Source: Deltaproteobacteria bacterium
Lineage (GTDB): Bacteria > Myxococcota_A > Polyangia > Haliangiales > JADYYK01
Direction of reading: 5' to 3'
DNA length: 21,933 bases
Assembly (NCBI GenBank): GCA_020853705.1
Contig: JADYYK010000107.1
Coordinates: forward strand, 1 to 21,933
Both the position numbers and the translations under genes were made by a program. The notes beneath the pieces are model-generated. The model saw nothing but the letters and a program-made list of their open reading frames with translations, did not search any database and had not been told where the DNA came from. Below are positions 1 through 5,664 of the stretch, in pieces (positions within the stretch are counted from its first letter, which is position 1; the number at the start of each line of letters is the position of its first letter).

Positions 1-740
1 ACGAGGACATCACGGTCCAGCTGGGCCTGGGCATGTCCAAGACGATGTATGAGTGGATCGAGAAGTTCTTCACCCGCGACATCGTCCGCAAGGACGGCGC
101 CATCGTCTCCGCCGACTTCAACTTCAAGGAGCAGAGCCGGCGCGAGTTCAAGCAGGCCATCATCACCGAGATGACCTTCCCCGCGCTCGACGGCGCCGAC
201 AAGAACCCCGGTTACCTGACCATCAAGCTGTCGCCCGAGAAGATCAGCTACGCCACCGCGACCGGCGGCAAGACCCTCGACAAGGGCAAGCAGCGCATCG
301 AGCAGAAGACCTGGAAGCCGTCCAACTTCGAGGTCAGCATCGGCAAGGGTGAGCTCAAGTGCGGCCGCATCACCAAGGTCGAGAGCTTCACCATCAAGCA
401 GACCATGCTCGACAACAAGACCGGCGCCAGCCGCGAGTTCCAGCGCGTGCCGGGGCGGATCGAGTGGCCGAACATCACGCTCTACGTGCCCGAGGTCGAC
501 GTCCAGAGCTGGCTCGACTGGCACGATGACGAGGTCATCAAGGGCAAGGGCAAGGAGACCCAGAAGCAGGGCTGGATCTCGCTCAAGGCGCCCGACCTCC
601 AGAAAGAGCTCCTGCACATCAACCTGACCAACGTCGGCATCGCCTCCATCAGCGCCGAGAAGGCCGAGGCCGGTACCGAGCAGCTGCGCAAGTGGAAGAT
701 CGAGCTGCACGTCGATCAGATGAACTGCGAGTACAAGTAG
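1..740 (+). CDS. Phage-tail-like tube protein with tandem T4 gp19 / Afp1-Pvc1-type tube domains (5' end lies outside the window)
   Basis: The frame is open from nt 3: EDITVQLGLG precedes the first ATG at 33, so the listed ORF 33..740 is probably the tail of a longer CDS. The C-terminal half (NFEVSIG..ITKVESF..PGRIEWPNITLYV..SWLDW..QKQGWISL..LTNVGI..KWKIELHVDQM) follows the recalled pattern of TIGR02241/PF06841 tube proteins. A partial earlier copy of the same pattern (ITVQLGLG..YEWI..RKDGAIV..FKQAIITEMTFPALD) precedes it. The call rests on motif recall only; no search was run. Confidence 0.6.
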   Translation, partial: EDITVQLGLGMSKTMYEWIEKFFTRDIVRKDGAIVSADFNFKEQSRREFKQAIITEMTFPALDGADKNPGYLTIKLSPEKISYATATGGKTLDKGKQRIEQKTWKPSNFEVSIGKGELKCGRITKVESFTIKQTMLDNKTGASREFQRVPGRIEWPNITLYVPEVDVQSWLDWHDDEVIKGKGKETQKQGWISLKAPDLQKELLHINLTNVGIASISAEKAEAGTEQLRKWKIELHVDQMNCEYK

Positions 741-797
741 CTCGCAGCAGCCGCGCTCCGGCGCCGCAGGTCGTCGCCATCGCCATCGCCGGGCCAG

Positions 798-1400
798 CTA
801 CGGTTCGGACAGCAGCGCGCGCAGGGCTGCCTCGATGCCCCGGGCGTGCGGGCTGGCGGCTTCGGCTCGCCCCAGGGTGCGCGCGCGCAGCCGGCCAGCG
901 CGGTCGATGAGCAGGAAGGTCGGCCAGCCCTCGGCGCGCACCTGCTCGAAGTAGCGGCCGTCGGCGTCGATGTACACCGGCCAGCTGATGTGGCGCTGCT
1001 TCATGACCTCGGCGACCCGGGCCGGATCGCGCTCGCGCGAGGTCTGTGGGCTGTGCACCGAGATGACCACGAGATCCTTGCGGGCCGCCATGGCGGCGAC
1101 CCAGGGGTGGCTGGCGCGACAGTGCTCGCAGGCGAAGGTCCAGACCTCGAGCAGGACGACCTTGCCACGGGCGCTGGCCGGGGACATCGGCGGCCCCAGC
1201 CAGCGCGCGGGGTCGGCGGCCGGCAAGGCCAGGGGCTCGGCCTCGCGGGCCGACACCAGGGGCAGGGTCTCGACCTTGGCCGGCGCGGGGCAGCCGGTCA
1301 GGAGCAGGACGAGGACCACGGCGAGCTTGTGCACCGAGGCAGCATGCCCGTGCCCGAACGCACGTGCAACGGCGCTGGATTTGGCTAGTATCTGACCCAT
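798..1400 (-). CDS. TlpA/ResA-like thioredoxin-fold thiol:disulfide oxidoreductase, predicted lipoprotein
   Basis: Lipobox LLLTGC follows a hydrophobic signal segment. The CxxC motif sits in WTFACEHC and is followed by a redoxin-like WPVYID..GWPTFLLID segment. The track ORF extends to 1538. The ATG at 1400 (MGQILAK..) or the in-frame GTG at 1334 (VHKLAVVLVLLLTGC, a classical short lipoprotein signal) are the plausible starts. Confidence 0.8.
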   Translation of the reverse strand: MGQILAKSSAVARAFGHGHAASVHKLAVVLVLLLTGCPAPAKVETLPLVSAREAEPLALPAADPARWLGPPMSPASARGKVVLLEVWTFACEHCRASHPWVAAMAARKDLVVISVHSPQTSRERDPARVAEVMKQRHISWPVYIDADGRYFEQVRAEGWPTFLLIDRAGRLRARTLGRAEAASPHARGIEAALRALLSEP

Positions 1401-2478
1401 GTCGGCCGTCGCCTCGCGCTCTCGCCACAAAGCCGCCGCTGCCGCCGCGCCGCCGCGGGTGTGGATGGTGTCGCCGACGTTCGACCTGTTCTTCTTCGTG
1501 GCCACCGCGCTGGTCGTGCTGGGCCCCTGGGTCGCCATCGAGCGCTACCACGTCAAGCCGTTCCTCGTGCTGGCCGCGGTGGCCATCGTGTCGAACGGTC
1601 CGCACCTGATCTCGACCTGGACCCGCGTCTACCTCGACGGCAACGAGCGCTGGCGCCGCCCCTTCGCCTACTGGGTCATCCCCGGCGCCATCGCCGCGGC
1701 GGTGGTCTACTTCGTCATGCACGAGGGCGCCCGGTCGACCACGCTGCGCACCGTGCTGTTCTACTGGGCCTGGTGGCACTTCCTGGCGCAGAACTGGGGC
1801 ATCCTCAGGATCTACCAGCGCCGCGCCGGCGAGGCCGACAAGCGTGTGGTCCTGCTGGAGCGCACCGTGCTCTACGTGGGCGCGCTGTTCCCGCTGCTCC
1901 GGCGCCTGCACACCGGGCCGTGGACGCTGTTCGGGTCGCCGATCCGGCACCCTGACGTGCCGCGCTGGTTGGTCAACGGGATGGCCTGGGGGCTGGCGGC
2001 ACTGGCGGCGCTGTACCTGGCGGTGCTCATCATGCGCGCGCTGCGCGGGCAGGCGGTGCACATCATCCGGCCGCTGATGATTGCGGCGTCGTGCTTCGCG
2101 TTCTTCGTCCCCTTCGTGCTGATCAAGCGCAGCGGCACCGCGGCCTTCGCGGCGGCGGCATGCTGGCACGGCCTGCAGTACCTGGGCATCGTGTGGTTCT
2201 ACAACCGCAACCGCTGGAAGGACGGCGTCGACAAGCGCGCCACCGTGGTGTCGTGGGTGTCGCAGCCGCGGCGCGGGGTACCCTACTTCCTGATGCTGCT
2301 GGCGCTGGCCGGCCTGCTGTATGCCGGGCTGACGGTGGGGGCCATGCTGGTGTGGGACGCGCAGACCTGGGGCGCCCTGGTCTGGCTGTCCTTCACCTTC
2401 GGTCACTACTGGCTGGATGGCGTGATCTGGAAGCTGCGCAAGAAGGAAGTGTCGCGCCAGCTGGTGGCGCCGGCGTAG
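1399..2478 (+). CDS. Polytopic (about 10 TM) inner-membrane protein of unknown function with four His-centred motifs
   Basis: 359-aa ORF with good GC3 bias and about ten hydrophobic helices. Recurring motifs at helix ends are NGPHLISTW, WWHFLAQNWG, CWHGLQYLG and FGHYWLDGVIWK. I do not recognise the family. An alternative start is the ATG at 1465 (MVSPTFDLFFF). Confidence 0.7.
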   Translation: MSAVASRSRHKAAAAAAPPRVWMVSPTFDLFFFVATALVVLGPWVAIERYHVKPFLVLAAVAIVSNGPHLISTWTRVYLDGNERWRRPFAYWVIPGAIAAAVVYFVMHEGARSTTLRTVLFYWAWWHFLAQNWGILRIYQRRAGEADKRVVLLERTVLYVGALFPLLRRLHTGPWTLFGSPIRHPDVPRWLVNGMAWGLAALAALYLAVLIMRALRGQAVHIIRPLMIAASCFAFFVPFVLIKRSGTAAFAAAACWHGLQYLGIVWFYNRNRWKDGVDKRATVVSWVSQPRRGVPYFLMLLALAGLLYAGLTVGAMLVWDAQTWGALVWLSFTFGHYWLDGVIWKLRKKEVSRQLVAPA

Positions 2479-2497
2479 CAGCGCAGCGCGGGCGGGG

Positions 2498-2680
2498 CTA
2501 CCGCTTGCCCTTGTGCTTGCCGTTGCCGTTGTGCACGCAGGCGAAGCCGTTCCAGTGATGCGCCGGCGGGCACACCTTGCCCGGGCGACCGCGATCATGG
2601 TGGTGGCGGGGCCCGGTGCGGACCACGCAGCCGGTGAGCAGCAGAAAGCCCAGGGTGACACCTGTGGTGAGTTTTCGCAT
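2498..2680 (-). CDS. Small (60 aa) His/Gly/Cys-rich lipoprotein
   Basis: The internal ATG at 2680 gives MRKLTTGVTLGFLLLTGC, a signal peptide plus lipobox. The mature part is CVVRTGPRHHHDRGRPGKVCPPAHHWNGFACVHNGNGKHKGKR. The part of the track ORF upstream of 2680 would overlap selC and is discarded. Confidence 0.55.
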   Translation of the reverse strand: MRKLTTGVTLGFLLLTGCVVRTGPRHHHDRGRPGKVCPPAHHWNGFACVHNGNGKHKGKR

Positions 2681-2728
2681 GGCCGATCTACGACCCATCG
2701 GGGTCCACCGATACGGTATCATCTCCGC

Positions 2729-2828
2729 GGAAGCGCGAGCGATTCTGGTGAGCGTCGCGGTCTTCAAAACCGCAGGGGCTCGGTGAAAGCCGCGGCCCGG
2801 GGAGTTCGATTCTCCTGCGCTTCCGCCA
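2729..2828 (+). tRNA. selC: tRNA-Sec (selenocysteine tRNA, anticodon UCA)
   Basis: Sequence: GGAAGCGCGAGCGATTCTGGTGAGCGTCGCGGTCTTCAAAACCGCAGGGGCTCGGTGAAAGCCGCGGCCCGGGGAGTTCGATTCTCCTGCGCTTCCGCCA. It has an 8-bp acceptor stem (GGAAGCGC/GCGCTTCC), anticodon loop CTTCAAA with TCA at 2764-2766, a long variable arm, T arm GGAG-TTCGATT-CTCC, discriminator G and an encoded CCA. The architecture closely parallels E. coli selC as I recall it. Confidence 0.95.
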
Positions 2829-2855
2829 TCACCCCGCGCGGTCGTGGCGGGCGAC

Positions 2856-3668
2856 TCAGCCGCGGGTGAAGAAGCGGGCCGCGGTCGCGGTGGTGTCGGC
2901 GGCGACCTCGGCGGCGGGGCGGCCGGTGGCGCGCGCCACCGCGGCCAGCACGTGGGGCAGGAAGGCGGGCTCGTTGCGGCCGTCGGCGGGGCGCGGGCGC
3001 AGATCGCGGGGCAGCAGGAAGGGGCCGTCGGTCTCCAGCATCAGGCGGTCGCGGGGCACCCGGCTGACCAGCTCGGCCAGGTGGTGGCCGCGGCGCTCGT
3101 CGCAGATCCAGCCGGTGATACCGATGTGACAGTCGATGGCCAGGTAGGCGTCGAGCTCGGCGCGGGTGCCGGTGAAGCAGTGCACCACGGCGGCGGGCAG
3201 GCGCGCGCGCAGGCCGCCGAGGATGGCCAGGAAGCGCTCGTGGGCGTCACGCTCGTGCAGGAAGACGGGCAGGCCCAGGCTGGCGGCCAGCTCGAGCTGC
3301 TGGCGGAAGGCGCGCTCCTGGTCGGGGCGCGGAGAGAAGTCGCGGTTGAAGTCGAGGCCGCACTCACCGATGGCGCGCACCTCGGGGGCGCGGGCCAGCG
3401 CCGCCAGCTCGGCCAGGGCGGCGTCGTCGAGGTGGCGCGCGTCGTGCGGGTGCACCCCGGCGGTGGCCAGCAGGCCGTCACGGCCGCGGGCCAGCGCGGC
3501 GGCCTCGCGGCTGGCGCGCACGCTGGTGCCGGTGATGACCAGGGTGTGCACGCCGGCGGCGTGGGCGCGCGCCACGACCTGGTCGCGGTCACGGGCGAAG
3601 CGGGCGTGGCCGAGGTTGATGCCGATGTCCCACAGCTCGTGCGGGGCGGGTTGTGATCGCGGATGCAT
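2856..3668 (-). CDS. tatD: TatD-family metal-dependent hydrolase / DNase
   Basis: From [21 protein letters not shown] the protein is near-collinear with E. coli TatD as recalled. Shared segments include [73 protein letters not shown] and RNEP. The start is taken as the ATG at 3668. The in-frame upstream extension to 3746 consists only of 12-nt repeats. Confidence 0.95.
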   Translation of the reverse strand: MHPRSQPAPHELWDIGINLGHARFARDRDQVVARAHAAGVHTLVITGTSVRASREAAALARGRDGLLATAGVHPHDARHLDDAALAELAALARAPEVRAIGECGLDFNRDFSPRPDQERAFRQQLELAASLGLPVFLHERDAHERFLAILGGLRARLPAAVVHCFTGTRAELDAYLAIDCHIGITGWICDERRGHHLAELVSRVPRDRLMLETDGPFLLPRDLRPRPADGRNEPAFLPHVLAAVARATGRPAAEVAADTTATAARFFTRG

Positions 3669-3688
3669 GGAGGGTTCTCTGTCTCTGT

Positions 3689-3748
3689 GCGTGGTGATAG
3701 GCGTGGTGATGGGGGTGGTGATGGGGTGCTTCATGGGGTGCTTCATGG
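3689..3748. repeat. Five tandem 12-nt units in two subfamilies, between the tRNA-like gene and the tatD start
   Basis: Plus strand units: gcgtggtgatag, gcgtggtgatgg, gggtggtgatgg, ggtgcttcatgg, ggtgcttcatgg. Read on the minus strand in the tatD frame they spell [20 protein letters not shown]. Confidence 0.9.
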
Positions 3749-3750
3749 GG

Positions 3751-3825
3751 TGCGTGCGGCAGGACTTGCACCTGCAACCTTCGAGTTCCTTACGCTCGAC
3801 GCTCTGCTGTTGGAGCTACGCACGC
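3751..3825 (-). tRNA. tRNA-like gene with a complete cloverleaf but a 9-nt anticodon loop and atypical D/T loops; functional status unknown (non-canonical tRNA or pseudogene)
   Basis: Minus strand: GCGTGCG-TA-GCTC-CAACAGCA-GAGC-G-TCGAG-CGTAAGGAA-CTCGA-AGGTT-GCAGG-TGCAAGT-CCTGC-CGCACGC-A. All four stems (7, 4, 5 and 5 bp) are perfectly Watson-Crick paired. T8, A9, G53-C61, T54, C56 and A58 are present. Deviations are the 9-nt anticodon loop, the absence of G18G19 and A14 in the D loop, G at position 55, and CCA not encoded (ACCC). Confidence 0.5.
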
Positions 3826-3849
3826 AGGCGCGGCCGGGGCCGCGTTGCG

Positions 3850-4275
3850 TCACTGTGCTACGGCGAGGGGGGGCAGATCCCCCGTGGCCGCGACCTCGGC
3901 CAGGATAGCGCGCCCGGCGGCGCGCAGCGCGGGCTCGAGCAGGCGGCCCCGGTAGCTGTTGCCCTCGATGGCGTCGAGCTCGCTGCCGAGCAGCGCGGCC
4001 TGCTCGGCCAGGCTGGCGACGCGCGACTCCTGGCCGGGCTGGCTGCGGCGCCAGCGCCGGAGGTGCAGGCGCCGGCGCAGGTGCGCGGTCAGCATGCACA
4101 GCAGGGTGGCGCGCCAGCGCGAGTCGAAGCGGCCCAGCCCGGTGGCTGGCGGCTGGCCGCGCTCGGCCAGCGGGCGCTTGCCCCAGGCCTTGAGGGCGCC
4201 GAGGTCGGCCGTGATGGCCGCGATCTCCATACGCAGGCGGGTGCGGATCTCTTGCTTCTGTTCTCTTGTCATCAT
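3850..4275 (-). CDS. Hypothetical protein (141 aa), Arg-rich and predicted helical, no recognisable family
   Basis: ATG-ATG at 4275/4272 is preceded by AGGAG 9 nt upstream (minus strand caGGAGtgtattgacATGATG). The protein starts MMTREQKQEIRTRLRMEIAAI and contains TLLCMLTAHLRRRLHLRRW. It lies 30 nt downstream of the Pth2-like stop and 24 nt upstream of the tRNA-like 5' end. Confidence 0.65.
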   Translation of the reverse strand: MMTREQKQEIRTRLRMEIAAITADLGALKAWGKRPLAERGQPPATGLGRFDSRWRATLLCMLTAHLRRRLHLRRWRRSQPGQESRVASLAEQAALLGSELDAIEGNSYRGRLLEPALRAAGRAILAEVAATGDLPPLAVAQ

Positions 4276-4304
4276 GTCAATACACTCCTGGCTGACGGCA
4301 GCCA

Positions 4305-4652
4305 CTAGCGCAGCAGCGGCAGCCCTCCCAGGAGCCGCCTGAGCTGCTTGCGGTCACGGGGGGCCATCGGCACCACGCCGATGGCCATCAGCGACGAGGA
4401 CCCCGCGGAGCGGGGCTCGGCGTTGTCCTGCTCCGGGTTCTCCGCGCCTGACCAGGGCGGGTCGGGCTCGCGGATCTGGACGTGGGGCACGCCCCAGCGC
4501 ACGAGGCTCTGGGCCAGCGCGCGCAGCGCGGCCTCGTCCTCGACCATCAGCGCGACGGCGCGGGTACCGCTGGCCAGGCCGCCCGGGCTGGACTCGCCAG
4601 CGGCATGGATCAGCTGTGCGGCGATCATCCCCAGCGGGAGATCGCGGCGCAC
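4305..4652 (-). CDS. Pth2-type (archaeal/eukaryotic-like) peptidyl-tRNA hydrolase domain protein
   Basis: RRDLPLGMIAAQLIHAAGE resembles the Pth2 N-terminal motif (vR.DL.mgkGKiaAQ..HAa). AVALMVEDEAALRALAQSLVRWGVPHVQIRE and the C-terminal LMAIGVVPMAPRDRKQLRRLLGGLPLLR match the central and C-terminal (T.lgiGP......tg.LkLl) parts of PF01981 as recalled. The start is GTG. No other ATG/GTG/TTG lies upstream in the ORF, so the first beta strand looks shortened. Confidence 0.6.
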   Translation of the reverse strand: MRRDLPLGMIAAQLIHAAGESSPGGLASGTRAVALMVEDEAALRALAQSLVRWGVPHVQIREPDPPWSGAENPEQDNAEPRSAGSSSLMAIGVVPMAPRDRKQLRRLLGGLPLLR

Positions 4653-4800
4653 GACACAGCAGTGAGTGAGATCTACTGCGGGAGCGGCGGGGAGCTGGGC
4701 GTCAGCGGCAAGGTCGAGCGGTCATGATGGGACAGAGTCTTGGCACTTCGAGGCGCGCTGTCAAGGCGCTGTGTTGCAACTCGGTGGAAGGACTCTGCGT

Positions 4801-5616
4801 TCAGGGCTGACGGCGACCACCACCGCCACCGCCGGTCGGGCCGCCACCGCCCGCGCCGGCGGCGCCGCCGCCGAAGCCACCACCCGGGCCGCCCGGCCCG
4901 CGCCCGCGACCCTGCTGGCGCAGCTCCTCGTAGCTCGAGTACTGCTCCTCGCTGAGGATCTTCTTGGCGGCCTCGTCGGTGCTCTGGCGCAGCGCCCGCA
5001 TCTCCTCGAAGCCCTGGCGACCGCCCTGGCCGGGGCCGGCGGCGCGCAGCTTCTCCATCAGCTCGGTGCGCCTCTGCTGCTCGGCGTCCATGGCCGCCTT
5101 GAGCTGCTGCTCCTGCGCGGCCGACAGGCGCGCGGTGGTGACGAAGGCCTTGAAGCGCTCGGCCTGGGCCTGCTCGCGCTGCGTCATGCGCTCCTGGGCG
5201 CGCTCGGCGAAGACCTCGTCCTGTACCGAGCGGAAGATCTCCTTCACGCGGGCGCGGCCGGTCTGGGTCTCCATGGCCTGCCCGGTCAGCAGGGCGTCGA
5301 TGTCGCTGCGCAGATCGGCCAGCTCGGGCGCGCTGGCCGCGCTGGCGCCGGCGCCGCCCGTCGTCGCGCCGCCGCTCGAGACCCGCTTCTCCAGCGCATC
5401 GAGGCGGCGCGACAGCCCGGTGATGCGCCAGGACAGCTCGGCGGTCTCGTCGTCCGCCAGCGACCGCGCGGGCGGCCCCGGCGCGGGGTCGGACGGCTCC
5501 GGGCGCTCGACGCGGGGGCGTCGGGTCGGCGCGCTGGCGGCCGGGCGCCACAGCAGGGCGACCGCCAGGGCAGCCGCCGACAGCACGATGGGGGCGATGG
5601 TGAGCGCGCGCTTCAT
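4801..5616 (-). CDS. Secreted or membrane-anchored coiled-coil protein with CpxP/Spy-like LxxxQ repeats and a Gly-rich C-terminal tail
   Basis: The N-terminal segment MKRALTIAPIVLSAAALAVALLW is hydrophobic. AAGGAG lies upstream of the ATG at 5616. Helical Gln/Glu/Arg-rich segments include LSAAQEQQL and LSEEQYSSYEEL. The tail is GRGRGPGGPGGGFGGGAAGAGGGGPTGGGGGG. Confidence 0.75.
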   Translation of the reverse strand: MKRALTIAPIVLSAAALAVALLWRPAASAPTRRPRVERPEPSDPAPGPPARSLADDETAELSWRITGLSRRLDALEKRVSSGGATTGGAGASAASAPELADLRSDIDALLTGQAMETQTGRARVKEIFRSVQDEVFAERAQERMTQREQAQAERFKAFVTTARLSAAQEQQLKAAMDAEQQRRTELMEKLRAAGPGQGGRQGFEEMRALRQSTDEAAKKILSEEQYSSYEELRQQGRGRGPGGPGGGFGGGAAGAGGGGPTGGGGGGRRQP

Positions 5617-5664
5617 GACCGTGGTGACTCCTTGGTCGACAGACTACCTGGGGCGCGGCGCGAT

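Noticed and set aside
649-2661. Very long ORFs on the opposite strand or in alternative frames of real genes: 649..2661 minus; 4666..7506 plus; 4673..5668 minus; 7503..8783 plus; 8863..10548 minus; 11075..12709 plus; 14865..15821 minus; 15499..17259 minus; 17909..20578 minus; 20693..21856 minus.
   Set aside because: Their composition is dominated by Arg/Ala/Pro/Gly with no recognisable motifs. They overlap ORFs with clear family signatures. Such shadow ORFs are expected in very GC-rich DNA because stop codons are rare in off-frames.
2681-2767. N-terminal extension of track ORF 2498..2767 (TTG start, MKTATLTRIARASAEMIPYRW...).
   Set aside because: It would run antisense through the anticodon arm of selC. 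The internal ATG at 2680 gives a complete lipoprotein signal peptide on its own.
2829-4700. Genomic island integrated at selC.
   Set aside because: No integrase, excisionase or recognisable direct repeat of the selC 3' end could be found by eye. tatD directly abuts selC. The idea is kept only as a low-interest note that needs comparative genomics.
4741-4778. Sigma-54-like elements: TGGCAC at 4741-4746 and TTGCA at 4774-4778 on the plus strand.
   Set aside because: They are about 27 nt apart, whereas the consensus is TGGCAC-N5-TTGCW. On the plus strand they point into the 3' end of a minus-strand gene. On the minus strand a TTGACA (4759-4764) with a poor -10 (AAGACT) is the only promoter-like signal for the Pth2-like gene, and it is too weak to report as a feature.
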